Below are positions 25,557-34,729 of a stretch of DNA of 47,298 nucleotides, one piece after another. Numbering within the stretch: position 1 is the stretch's first letter; each line of letters begins with the position of its first letter. The stretch comes from Nanobdellota archaeon (GTDB lineage: Archaea; Nanobdellota; Nanobdellia; SCGC-AAA011-G17; GW2011-AR17), in assembly GCA_018896675.1 (NCBI GenBank), contig JAHIMK010000004.1, forward strand, positions 1 through 47,298. The letters are read 5' to 3'. A program made the translations under genes and the position numbers. The notes under the pieces are model-generated. The model worked only from the letters and a program-made list of their open reading frames with translations, searched no databases and was not told where the DNA came from.

Positions 25557-26363
25557 TTATTTAAATATGTTGCTTTTTTCCAAATTTTTTCTTTTTCTAG
25601 GATAATAAGAGCAATTTTCAGAATATAAGTAGGAACATAGTTTTTTACTTTGATTTTTATTGATATGTATTGTCCAAGCAGTTTTTTGTAATTTAGGTAA
25701 TGGTATGTTTATATTGAACCTGTTTAAAGCTTTGATAAAATCCATTAAGAATTCTTTTGAACCGGAACAAAGGCTTATGGTCCATTTGCCTATCCAACCA
25801 TCTCCATCTATTACTCCTCTTAAAAAACTAGCTAAATTTATTTTATCAGATTCAAAGAAAATTTTAGGAAATCTTGTTATTAAAGATTTGTTTCCAAAAG
25901 AGATGTTAAAATATTTATTAATAAAGATACTTAAACTTTTAGAATTTATATAAATGTCATAATTTTGTCTTTTATTAAATCCATGTTTTTTCTTTTTATA
26001 GATGCCGGGATTATAATTAAATAAATTTATTATTAATTTTTTTATTACTTTAACCTCTTCTTCATAACTAGAATATATACTAATTTTAGCTATTCTTTTT
26101 ATTTTATTAAACTGGATATGCCCATCAGTAATAAGTAATCCAATAAAATAAGATAATTCTGGGCTAAGTTTTTTAGGCAATTTTGCCTTTTGAAATTCTT
26201 TAACTTTAAAACCTGCTATTGCCATAGCCTTATTCCATGTTCCAAAATATTTTCTTGAAGCTGAGTAAAGAGTAGAATCCATTCTTTTAGTTGGCCTTCT
26301 ATTTCGTTCTTTTTTTAAATTTAAAATTCTCAAAATTACTTTTTCTTTATTCCATTTAGTCAT
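25557..26363 (-). CDS. LAGLIDADG homing endonuclease (double-motif), free-standing
   Basis: Two LAGLIDADG motifs (YFIGLLITDGHI and FLRGVIDGDGWI). The N-terminus has a homing-endonuclease-associated repeat-like segment (RKYFGTWNKAMAIAGF). The stop is 35 nt upstream of the tRNA-Tyr 5' end on the same strand. Confidence 0.85.
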   Translation of the reverse strand: MTKWNKEKVILRILNLKKERNRRPTKRMDSTLYSASRKYFGTWNKAMAIAGFKVKEFQKAKLPKKLSPELSYFIGLLITDGHIQFNKIKRIAKISIYSSYEEEVKVIKKLIINLFNYNPGIYKKKKHGFNKRQNYDIYINSKSLSIFINKYFNISFGNKSLITRFPKIFFESDKINLASFLRGVIDGDGWIGKWTISLCSGSKEFLMDFIKALNRFNINIPLPKLQKTAWTIHINKNQSKKLCSYLYSENCSYYPRKRKNLEKSNIFK

Positions 26364-26454
26364 AAAGAGGTTTAGTTAATTTTATTTAAAAGGCAATCGT
26401 GAGAACTTGTCAAGTGGCAAATGGGTTGCAAATTTACGGATTTTACAAAAAAAA

Positions 26455-26856
26455 TTAAGAAATTAAATGTCCTAACCAGTCTAATGGTTTTTTAGAGTCT
26501 CCTTGATAACCATCATAAATTTTGCTACCCCCACATTTACCACAAAAATTATCTTGGGATTCTTTACAACAAGGATTTTCTTCTTTTAATTTGAAACCAT
26601 ATCTTCCGGCTTCTTTTTCAAAAGATCCGTCTCCTGTTCCTTTTTTGAAAGCTAAATAAGGTGTTTTAAATCCATGACCTGCACAACTGAATTGAGTATC
26701 GTAACCTTTTTTTAATAATTTGGAAACTAATCCTCTCATACCTAAATCTATTTCCATTTCATCTAAAAGTTTTTCACTAATATTATTAGGGTCAATTACT
26801 AACCTGCTTATTAACGGGTCAAATAAAGGTTTGAATTTAGTTTTTTGTTCTTCCAT
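26455..26856 (-). CDS. hypothetical Cys-containing protein (133 aa)
   Basis: SD GGGAGGT precedes the ATG at 26856 (the track ORF starts at an upstream TTG). Cysteine motifs FSCAGHG and CCKESQDNFCGKCGG. No family recognised. Confidence 0.6.
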   Translation of the reverse strand: MEEQKTKFKPLFDPLISRLVIDPNNISEKLLDEMEIDLGMRGLVSKLLKKGYDTQFSCAGHGFKTPYLAFKKGTGDGSFEKEAGRYGFKLKEENPCCKESQDNFCGKCGGSKIYDGYQGDSKKPLDWLGHLIS

Positions 26857-26874
26857 TTTACCTCCCAAGTGTTA

Positions 26875-26899
26875 CTATTAACTAGTAGTTAATAGTATA
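26875..26899. promoter_or_regulatory. 25-bp palindrome (candidate operator) in a divergent intergenic region
   Basis: TACTATTAACTA-G-TAGTTAATAGTA has perfect 12-nt arms. It abuts a TATA-like AGTATATAAAT and lies between the divergent genes 26455 (-) and 26999 (+). Confidence 0.55.
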
Positions 26900-26998
26900 T
26901 AAATGTTTTGTTTTATAGGTATAATCTTCCTAAAGTCCAAATTTGGCTATTTTAAACTAAAAATTAACTTTAAATATCATTAAATCCTTTAAATATTA

Positions 26999-27889
26999 AT
27001 GGCTTTCACACCTTATAAGATAAGTCTTCTTAAGGAAAGAAATTTAGATGATTTGACACAATTGTTTTATGATGAAATTAAAGAATATAATCTTTTAATT
27101 CAGAACGATATTATGTATTCAAAAGAAATAATATCCAAGAAAAAAGATATGGAACAAATTCTAGAAGAAGTGAAAGTTCCTTTTTATAATTTAACACGCC
27201 TTGAAAAAATAAAAGATCCTAAGGTAATTGTAAAACCTCGAAATATTTATTTAACATATGCTAAACAATTAGCAACGGATAAAGTAGGGATGGGTTTATT
27301 AATAGCAATATCTGGACTTTTAGGTGCTTTTCCCTTGATATTAGGTACAGGAATTGCGAGTTCAATTTTAGTAACAGGAATTTCAGGAGTTTCTTTTTTT
27401 AATATTTTTTCTGGTTTAAATTATTTTAAAGGAAAAGAAAAAATGAAAAAAACTTTAGCATTTCATACAGGAAATAATAGGATTTTTATTCCTAAAACTT
27501 ATAAAGAATATTCTAGATACATTATAACTCATGAATTTATTCATGATATTAATATTAAGTATAATTTAAGGCATGAAGATCCTTTTGTTGATGAAGGGAT
27601 TACAACAGCAACTGCATATAAAGTAATGGATTTATTGGGTAAGTTAGAGCCAAGCAATAGATTATTTTCATTAGAAAATAAACTAATTAATTTAACGGCT
27701 ACTTTATCTTTAATTATAGGAAAAGAAAAGATGGTAATGGATTCTTTTTTAAGTTCTTCAATAGAGAGTGCATTAGAAATAGAACCCTATACTCTTGGTT
27801 CAACAATGGTACAATTAGCAGAAAAAAAATATGGAGAAGAAATATATCCAGAATTATTTAAAGGCAATTACGACTGCCTTATCTTCTAG
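26999..27889 (+). CDS. membrane-associated HExxH metallopeptidase-like protein
   Basis: Central Gly-rich TM region (GMGLLIAISGLLGAFPLILGTGIASSILVTGISG), then ITHEFIHD .. VDEGITT. Confidence 0.5.
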   Translation: MAFTPYKISLLKERNLDDLTQLFYDEIKEYNLLIQNDIMYSKEIISKKKDMEQILEEVKVPFYNLTRLEKIKDPKVIVKPRNIYLTYAKQLATDKVGMGLLIAISGLLGAFPLILGTGIASSILVTGISGVSFFNIFSGLNYFKGKEKMKKTLAFHTGNNRIFIPKTYKEYSRYIITHEFIHDINIKYNLRHEDPFVDEGITTATAYKVMDLLGKLEPSNRLFSLENKLINLTATLSLIIGKEKMVMDSFLSSSIESALEIEPYTLGSTMVQLAEKKYGEEIYPELFKGNYDCLIF

Positions 27890-29330
27890 ATCGCATTATT
27901 TCTTTAGGTCCTGATAAAAATTTCAAAGGATTTGATTGTGAACTTAATATCTTTCCTGCTTTGTTTTTATACCTTAACATAGCTGTAGGTAAAGTAACTT
28001 CTCCTAAAACTCCAACTTTAGTTTCAATATTATAAGTAATAATTCTTTCTTCATGTTTATCTATTGCTGGAATTTCCCACATTAATCTGATACCTTGGCT
28101 ACCTTTTTGAATTCTATCAGGTTTTAAAGTTCCAAAATGCGGCTTAGGATGCAGGTGATGCGGCAACACTTCAATCAAAGCAACTTGTTTTAGTTGTTTA
28201 GAACTTCTATTTTTCACATGGACCATAATTCTAATCTCTGATTTTCCTTCTTTATCAGTCTTAAGATTAATTATTTCTTTTTTGATTGAAACTCCTCTAG
28301 TTAAACTAAAGTAAGCAAATAAACCAAAAGAAACAATTACTATAATAATCCAAAGTGATGTCCTAAAATTAACTACTGTAGTAATATTATATTCTTTATT
28401 TGGAGCCAAGCTAAATCTCCAATGAGCTCCATCTGAATCTGTATAAGTAGGTTCAGGAGAATAAGATGCAAACATTCTTTGCCAGAACCCTAATTCTTTG
28501 TCATAAATTTGTTCAACTGCAGCATTACCTAAATTAGTTAATGTGACTTTTTCCCATGATTTCAAGAAACTCTTTCCTTCTTCTGTTTTAACAACAACGT
28601 CTGAAACAGTTGAAACTCTGAATGTTAAACTTTCTTTGCTAACTAATTGATTGTCATAATAGACTCTTAAATTTAAATCATAATTTCCTGGTTTTGCTGA
28701 TTCTGGAACTTCAACTTCTAAAGTTTCTTCTCTAATTTGTAATGGAAGCAACTTATAAGATTCTCTTTTTTCAAAAAGTTCACTTGCAGCATAAACTTCA
28801 ATTTCAGATAATAACACATTAAGATTATTTTCTAGGTTTAAATCAATTTCTAGTTTTTTTCCTGGATTAACTTTTTCAGGAAGATTAACTTTTGTAGTTA
28901 GTATTTCTTCAGGTTGAACAACCCTGGTAACTAATGTGTGTTTAATACTTTCTTCTGGTTTGCCTACAGGCATAATCTTTATGAATGTGCTATAACTTTC
29001 TCCAGTAGGAACTTTTCTTTTGAATTTAATTGTAACATTAATATTTTTCTTTTCTTTACCACTTAATTCAATTCTATTGGGTTGAACTAGAATATAATCA
29101 AACCAACTTGAAGATAATGTACTGAAAGGATCTTTAGCAATGTCTATAGTCATCCTATTATTGCCTTCATTATAAAGTGTAAGCTTAAATTCAGCAACAG
29201 AACCTGGTGCAACTTTGTCAATACCAGTTCCTAAGATAGTAATGTCGTTTATATTAGCGCTTGCTAAACCAGCTATGGCTATTAAAGTCAATAGCATTCC
29301 AAGAATGATGAATATTTGTTTTCTCCCCAT
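27879..29330 (-). CDS. secreted CARDB/NEW3-like Ig-fold repeat protein with internal TM segment
   Basis: Signal peptide ..IAGLASA. Repeated 'APGSVAEFKLTLYNEGN' and 'KPGNYDLNLRVYYD' type beta-sandwich signatures. TM helix at ~aa 325-345. Confidence 0.6.
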   Translation of the reverse strand: MGRKQIFIILGMLLTLIAIAGLASANINDITILGTGIDKVAPGSVAEFKLTLYNEGNNRMTIDIAKDPFSTLSSSWFDYILVQPNRIELSGKEKKNINVTIKFKRKVPTGESYSTFIKIMPVGKPEESIKHTLVTRVVQPEEILTTKVNLPEKVNPGKKLEIDLNLENNLNVLLSEIEVYAASELFEKRESYKLLPLQIREETLEVEVPESAKPGNYDLNLRVYYDNQLVSKESLTFRVSTVSDVVVKTEEGKSFLKSWEKVTLTNLGNAAVEQIYDKELGFWQRMFASYSPEPTYTDSDGAHWRFSLAPNKEYNITTVVNFRTSLWIIIVIVSFGLFAYFSLTRGVSIKKEIINLKTDKEGKSEIRIMVHVKNRSSKQLKQVALIEVLPHHLHPKPHFGTLKPDRIQKGSQGIRLMWEIPAIDKHEERIITYNIETKVGVLGEVTLPTAMLRYKNKAGKILSSQSNPLKFLSGPKEIMRSRR

Positions 29331-29376
29331 ATTTCTCCCATATTAATTCTTTATTTACTGATATTTAAAAGTTGTG

Positions 29377-29787
29377 CTATCTCATATTATCCTTTAATTT
29401 AGCCAACATTTCTTCCATTTCTCCTTCCGCATATTTAGAAGATTTCCATTTGGCAACATCTAAACCATCGCCATTATTCCTAGGAATAACATGAAAATGC
29501 ACATGTGGTACTAATTGCTCTGCCGCTTTCCTATTATTCTGCATTACATTAAAGCCGTCATTTTCCTTCAACAAAGCACATCCAATCTTTTTTACTACAT
29601 CAATAGTTTTTTCTAATAATGCATTAGGAACATTAGGGATGATTTCATAGTGCTCTTTCGGCACGATTAAAGTGTGCCCCTTTGAAGCAGGCGCTATATC
29701 TAAAAAAGCAATTACATGATTATCTTCATAAACTTTTGAACAAGGTATTTCACCTTTTACAATCTTGCAAAAAATACAATCATCCAT
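29377..29787 (-). CDS. HIT family (histidine triad) nucleotide hydrolase
   Basis: CIFCKIVKGEIP N-terminus and the histidine triad HVHFHVIPR. Confidence 0.9.
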   Translation of the reverse strand: MDDCIFCKIVKGEIPCSKVYEDNHVIAFLDIAPASKGHTLIVPKEHYEIIPNVPNALLEKTIDVVKKIGCALLKENDGFNVMQNNRKAAEQLVPHVHFHVIPRNNGDGLDVAKWKSSKYAEGEMEEMLAKLKDNMR

Positions 29788-29788
29788 A

Positions 29789-29971
29789 TTACTCGCCTTT
29801 TTTCATTCCAGAAAATATTTCCTTTCTTCCTTTTGCTAAATTTTCTAAAATTTGGGATTTTGCCATTTCTAATAAACCAATAGCTTCCTGTGGAGAAATA
29901 TTCTTCTGCTTTATTTCCGTTTGAATATTATTATCTATAACCCTAAATTTTATTTCAAATGACCTATCCAT
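29789..29971 (-). CDS. small hypothetical protein (60 aa)
   Basis: The ORF ends 1 nt upstream of the HIT gene start on the same strand. No family recognised. Confidence 0.4.
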   Translation of the reverse strand: MDRSFEIKFRVIDNNIQTEIKQKNISPQEAIGLLEMAKSQILENLAKGRKEIFSGMKKGE

Positions 29972-30049
29972 CCTCTCTTGAAATATTGCTTAGTTTTTAA
30001 ATCTTTCTTGCGAAGGTTTTTAAATAATCTCTTTATTTTAAATTTAAAG

Positions 30050-30565
30050 ATGATAAAGAGATATGTTTTAGAAGGGGCAGCCAATTCTGGTAAAACAACT
30101 TTATTGCACTTATTGGGCAAAAAAGGATTTCAAGTATGCCCTGAAATTGCTACTGAAATTATAGAAAGAGAACAAAACATAAAAGGTGAATTATTACCTT
30201 GGATAAATAGGATTGCTTTTGATCAAGAATGTTTAAAACAATTAATAGAAAGATATGATTCAATAAATCATGGTATTGTATTTTTTGACAGGGCATTTAC
30301 AACTAATTTGGCATATCACAAAATGTATGGCTCTTGCCCAGAATGTTTGGAAATCATTGACAAATTTCATTATGATAAAATATTCTTATTAGAAAGGCTT
30401 CCAAATTATAAAAAAGATAAAATAAGGAGATTTGATAATGAAACAGAAGATAAGATCCAGTCTCTTATTGAAAAGAGTTGTATTGAGCTTAATTATGATC
30501 TAATTCATGTTCCTTTAATGTCATCTATAGAAGAAAGAATCGAGTTTATTTTAAAAAATCTATAA
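30050..30565 (+). CDS. P-loop NTPase (AAA_28/NadR-like kinase fold)
   Basis: The ATG at 30050 (MIKRYVLEGAANSGKTTLL, Walker A) lies ~26 nt downstream of TTTTTAAATAA. The track ORF starts at an upstream TTG (29978). Confidence 0.7.
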   Translation: MIKRYVLEGAANSGKTTLLHLLGKKGFQVCPEIATEIIEREQNIKGELLPWINRIAFDQECLKQLIERYDSINHGIVFFDRAFTTNLAYHKMYGSCPECLEIIDKFHYDKIFLLERLPNYKKDKIRRFDNETEDKIQSLIEKSCIELNYDLIHVPLMSSIEERIEFILKNL

Positions 30566-30606
30566 TTCTACAAACCTTTATTAATATAAGGATATTCCTA
30601 AGAAAT

Positions 30607-30972
30607 ATGGATTGGATAAGAATTCTTTTAACAGTTGTTGCCCTATATTTAGTTTTTTTAGTATTTACTAAATTTACAAAATGGATTTTCAAGATAGTTA
30701 TTGTAGTTTTATTATTAGGAGTAGTTATTTATGGCAATATAAATTATTCTGATTTAATAGGTGGAGAAGATTTAATTCCTTTAATTGAAGACAATGTTCA
30801 AATTAATCCTTTAGTAGCAGAAGATATAGTATTAGAAGAGGAAATTAATTTAAGCTTAGAAGAAGATATGATATTAATAGAAGAAAATATTAATCAATTG
30901 AACGAAACAATTGAAGAAGAATTCTTAAATGAAACAGAAATAATTAATGTTTTACCTGTAGAAGGGATGTGA
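30607..30972 (+). CDS. membrane protein with acidic C-terminal tail
   Basis: Two TM helices followed by an E/I/N-rich acidic region. No family recognised. Confidence 0.5.
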   Translation: MDWIRILLTVVALYLVFLVFTKFTKWIFKIVIVVLLLGVVIYGNINYSDLIGGEDLIPLIEDNVQINPLVAEDIVLEEEINLSLEEDMILIEENINQLNETIEEEFLNETEIINVLPVEGM

Positions 30973-31929
30973 ATTTTTATATTGTGGCCTTTGCATTGTA
31001 TAAGCTTCAAGTTCTTGTGGCGAATACCAATAAGCTTTTTCACTGAACAATTTAGGCAGAATAAATATTCCCTGTGCTAACATAGGACCAATCCTAATAT
31101 AATCAGCCAAGGGAGCCAAAGGATGCAAAAATAACATCTTTTCAACCATTTCACTCTTCTTCGGCATTAAATCATCGATAAACCTGAATTCTGAAAAAAA
31201 TAATACATGATTCATTTCATGTGATTTTGAACTTAAGTCAAAATTATCAGTTTGACAATTCCGGCAATAAGTCATTATGTTTTGAGAAGCATATCCTCCT
31301 ATAAACTCCCCTTTTTGTTGTATTTCTAAAGGTACTTCAAATGAGAATACAGGGGTGAAATTATAAATTGTTTCTTTTAATTCAAATTTATTTTTGTCAG
31401 CAAAATTCTTTATAATAGATACAATAGGCGATATATGGACATAAATTTTTGTATCTTTGCCTTTTTCAAAATGGACTTCTAATGGTCCAAAATCAGTCAC
31501 ATATCTTGATAGAATAGGTTTGCTTAACATAACATTATCAGACATTGAAACGCCTAAATCATGAACAAGTTTACCAGTAGCCCCTAAAAAAGGAAATTCA
31601 TTGAATGATGCAATTTCTTTTCCGGCATAAACAACTGCTCCTGATAAAATTCCTTTACCAAAAGCAGGCCAAAAATCATCACCATTGTATTTGGCTCCAA
31701 TTCCCGATTTTAAACCATTAATAAGTAAGTCAAAGCCTAAAACAGTTAATCTTCCTTCTAAATTATAATCTCTTGCTTGGGCTTTATTTTGTTCTAAAGT
31801 AATTTCAGTCTTATATTCAACCTTTTGTTCTATTGTTTCTTGTTTAGAATGAATATTTATGGTAGGACCAAATAATGTTATTAAACCTAAGGCGGCAGCC
31901 ATAATTTTGTTTTTTAAGCCCATGATCAT
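30952..31929 (-). CDS. secreted HExxH-motif protein, unknown family
   Basis: The ATG at 31929 (MIMGLKNKIMAAALGLITLF signal) lies ~26 nt downstream of a TATA-like AAAAATTAATAAA. SHEMNHVLFF motif. The track ORF extends to an upstream TTG at 32007. Confidence 0.55.
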   Translation of the reverse strand: MIMGLKNKIMAAALGLITLFGPTINIHSKQETIEQKVEYKTEITLEQNKAQARDYNLEGRLTVLGFDLLINGLKSGIGAKYNGDDFWPAFGKGILSGAVVYAGKEIASFNEFPFLGATGKLVHDLGVSMSDNVMLSKPILSRYVTDFGPLEVHFEKGKDTKIYVHISPIVSIIKNFADKNKFELKETIYNFTPVFSFEVPLEIQQKGEFIGGYASQNIMTYCRNCQTDNFDLSSKSHEMNHVLFFSEFRFIDDLMPKKSEMVEKMLFLHPLAPLADYIRIGPMLAQGIFILPKLFSEKAYWYSPQELEAYTMQRPQYKNSHPFYR

Positions 31930-32020
31930 TTTTGAAAACTTTGCCTTTATTAATTTTTGGTAAATCTCTTTGAATAAACAGAAAGCTTTATAAATAGCTA
32001 CTAGCAAATGGTTACCTGCT

Positions 32021-32971
32021 ATGAAAAAGTCATATATTTATGGAAAAACTTTTATTAAAAGAATATTGAATCATGAAAGGGATTTTACAGGTATAGTGTT
32101 ACAGCCTTTATTTGATTTCAATGAAGATAAAAATTTATTTATGAAATTATCTACATATTTTAAACAATTTTCTAATACTTTCCAAGAAACTCCTTTAATC
32201 TTAAATGAGGCCATTATGAAAGGCATCAAAATGTCAAATTTAGAAATTCCTTATTTACAGGCAGAAAACTTAGATATTTCTGAATCATGGTTGAGAAAAG
32301 TAAATTTACCTAATTCTAATATGCCTATTTTGCATGCATGGGATACAAGAATAGATTTTTGCGATTTTACAGAATCTATTCAAATAGGAGCTAATTATTG
32401 TGATGCTAAAGTAAATAATACCATCTATAAGAAAGCTAATTTAAATCAGATAGTTTGTGACCCTAATACTGTATTTGATAGCTGTATTTTTACAGACGGT
32501 TATATGAGGGGAGTTAATTTAGCACATGTTGGTTTTTATAGATCAATTTTACAAAGATTAGATGTTAATAAAACTGATTTTTATTTTACAAATTTGGAAA
32601 AGGCAGACATAAGAGGATTAAGAAATATTAAGTCTAGTCGGAATTTACATAAAGCATTTTTAGATGGTGCAAGGATGGGTTCAAATGAATATGTTGAAAT
32701 TAAAAGATTAAAAGATTTGGAAGATTTAGATTTGCCTTTAGTTGTAGGTAAATTAATACCAGAGTTAGATTTAGAAATGGAATCTCTTGTACAAAGATTA
32801 GGAGAAGACCATGAACCAGTAACTTTCCCTAAAAAACCAACTAGTTCTACATATTTGGATGATAATTTTTCTTTTGATGAATTTATATTTAGGGTTGCTA
32901 AAATCCCTAACTTAGAATCTGAAGTAGACTTAGATGAAGAATTAAGAAGGGATATTGAATTAAATTTTTAA
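32021..32971 (+). CDS. pentapeptide-repeat-like protein
   Basis: The central region has A(D/N)L-type five-residue periodicity (ANLNQIVCDPNTVFDSCIFTDGYMRGVNLAHVGFYRSILQRLDVNKTDFYFTNLEKADIRGL). Confidence 0.55.
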   Translation: MKKSYIYGKTFIKRILNHERDFTGIVLQPLFDFNEDKNLFMKLSTYFKQFSNTFQETPLILNEAIMKGIKMSNLEIPYLQAENLDISESWLRKVNLPNSNMPILHAWDTRIDFCDFTESIQIGANYCDAKVNNTIYKKANLNQIVCDPNTVFDSCIFTDGYMRGVNLAHVGFYRSILQRLDVNKTDFYFTNLEKADIRGLRNIKSSRNLHKAFLDGARMGSNEYVEIKRLKDLEDLDLPLVVGKLIPELDLEMESLVQRLGEDHEPVTFPKKPTSSTYLDDNFSFDEFIFRVAKIPNLESEVDLDEELRRDIELNF

Positions 32972-33150
32972 TGTCTTGTCGCAGTTGGCTTAGGAATTAA
33001 ATTGTCTTTTTGTGCTTCATTAAAAGCTTGTCCAATAATTTTAATGTCCCATCCTGCATTTAATAAAGCATTTTTTATCTCTAAGGCGGAATGACCATAA
33101 TAAAAGTTGTATTTGATATAACATTTCAATTCAATAAAATCTTCATTCAT
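32968..33150 (-). CDS. small hypothetical protein (60 aa)
   Basis: Overlaps the end of the 33143 gene by 8 nt. No family recognised. Confidence 0.35.
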   Translation of the reverse strand: MNEDFIELKCYIKYNFYYGHSALEIKNALLNAGWDIKIIGQAFNEAQKDNLIPKPTATRH

Positions 33151-34177
33151 CTTTTATAACCTCTTTCTTAATAACTAATTTAGAACTTGCACCACCCATG
33201 CCTAGGATGGCTTGGACTCTATATCCTTCAAAATCAGCATCTAAGATAGGGGTTTCTTCAGATAATGTATTGCCTGTAGCTTTTGCTAAACGGGCTAACA
33301 AAACATTCAAATCTTTTGTTTCTGTAAAAATTAAATTTGTTTTCATTTTCCCATAGCCTTTAAAATCAATTAGTACTGGCTTATTAAGTCCATCAACATA
33401 AATTGCATTAACCTTTTTGTCATACATAATTGGATCTATTTTTCTAAAACCTAGAAGGTCTCTTTTCAAATAATAAATAAAATCTTTAATAATTTCAGGA
33501 GTGCATTCTACATCTTCTTTTTTACAAGCTTTTTCAATCTTTTTATTTATGTAATCAGCATTATCTAAAACTTGAAAATCTTTTTCAAAATCTTTTCTTA
33601 TATATTCCTTTATAAGAAGTAATATCTCTTGTTTAATTAAAGGCTCTTGAAGATTATAAATTGGATTTCCTACTTCATCTTCTTTAACATCTATGCCAAC
33701 ATTAGTATCAAAAGTTGAAACTATATATCTTTGCGGTTGAAATTCAATTGGAGCAGCAGCAGGTGGCAATAAATCAATTTCTCCAAAAGGTTCACCTAGT
33801 TTTGGAGTTAACGGTTTATTGTTAACAGGTACTTCTGGAACAACTTCTTTAACAGGCCCTTTACTAGTAATCATAACTGGGGCAACAACTGCAGTTAGTT
33901 GAGGCATTTGGGCAGGAGGTTTAGGAGCTATAGGCAAGGGTCTTATCTTTGATATCATAATGGGATGACGCATATGTTCAAATTTAGAAGAAACATCTTC
34001 TTCCTGTTTTAGGGGCTTATGTTTTTTTTGATGCACTTGAAACATGGCTTCAACAAAATTTGCAAGAATTGTAGTCTTAGGATCAGGGAAAGGGTCTTTT
34101 CTTACTTGCCTGAATATTTCTTCAATTGTTTCTTCTCTTTCCTTTTGCACTCTATCAAATATAAATTTCGTTGACAT
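33143..34177 (-). CDS. FlaI/GspE-type secretion ATPase N-terminal domain protein lacking the ATPase core
   Basis: YYLKRDLLGFRKIDPIMYDKKVNAIYVDGLNKPVLI .. KTNLIF .. LARLAKATGNTLSEETPILDADFEGYRVQA .. SSKLVIKK matches the N-domain of archaeal type IV pilus/archaellum ATPases up to the 'ftIRKf' strand. The ORF then stops. There is no Walker A/B and no room for one downstream. Confidence 0.7.
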   Translation of the reverse strand: MSTKFIFDRVQKEREETIEEIFRQVRKDPFPDPKTTILANFVEAMFQVHQKKHKPLKQEEDVSSKFEHMRHPIMISKIRPLPIAPKPPAQMPQLTAVVAPVMITSKGPVKEVVPEVPVNNKPLTPKLGEPFGEIDLLPPAAAPIEFQPQRYIVSTFDTNVGIDVKEDEVGNPIYNLQEPLIKQEILLLIKEYIRKDFEKDFQVLDNADYINKKIEKACKKEDVECTPEIIKDFIYYLKRDLLGFRKIDPIMYDKKVNAIYVDGLNKPVLIDFKGYGKMKTNLIFTETKDLNVLLARLAKATGNTLSEETPILDADFEGYRVQAILGMGGASSKLVIKKEVIKDE

Positions 34178-34197
34178 TTTTTTAATACTTAAGATCC

Positions 34198-34563
34198 TTA
34201 ACGTTCGCCGAAAGGTTTAGGAAAAGAAGTGTGCACTACAGATTTTTCTCTAACAAACTTCTCAAGCAATAATAGGCCCTTTGCGATATTCTTGTTTTGT
34301 TCAAGCAAATCATCCAGCTTGTTAATTAATGGGTCTTCATACTTGCCTTTCTTTATATGTTCGCCTGCTTCTGTAAACAGTTTGACCATATTTTTAACAT
34401 TTGAGCTAAGGTCTTTCATATCAAGAATTAAATCTGAGAGCTTGTGTTGTAATGCAATATTATTCTCAATCAATGCGCCAACAAGCTTATCTAACATTAG
34501 ATTGCCTTTTACTAATTGGCCTTCTTTCATTTTTGGATGTTTCATAGAACTTTTTTTTGTCAT
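34198..34563 (-). CDS. hypothetical coiled-coil protein (121 aa)
   Basis: The ORF has AAAAGTTTATATATA upstream on the minus strand. No family recognised. Confidence 0.55.
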   Translation of the reverse strand: MTKKSSMKHPKMKEGQLVKGNLMLDKLVGALIENNIALQHKLSDLILDMKDLSSNVKNMVKLFTEAGEHIKKGKYEDPLINKLDDLLEQNKNIAKGLLLLEKFVREKSVVHTSFPKPFGER

Positions 34564-34633
34564 AAGTATTCCTCTTTTTAATAAATACTAAGTTAGTTTG
34601 AATATATATAAACTTTTCGAGAACTTATTTTTT

Positions 34634-34720
34634 AGTTTTAGAAGCTTTCTTTGTTATTGTTTAGTTTGATTTTGATTGGATTAATTGTTGTTTATTGGCA
34701 GGGGCAAGGTTATTTAATTT
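34634..34720 (+). repeat. repeat R, copy R1
   Basis: AGTTTTAGAAGCTTTCTTTGTTATTGTTTAGTTTG.. matches R3 at 34 of the first 35 nt. The inner end ..GGCAGGGGCAAGGTTATTT is similar to those of R3 and R4. Confidence 0.85.
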
Positions 34721-34729
34721 TTATTATCG

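Noticed and set aside
34229-34591. Plus-strand ORF 34229..34591 competing with minus-strand 34198..34563.
   Set aside because: The minus-strand ORF has a canonical AAAAGTTTATATATA box upstream and a plausible coiled-coil composition. The plus-strand translation is S/F/L/C-rich shadow.
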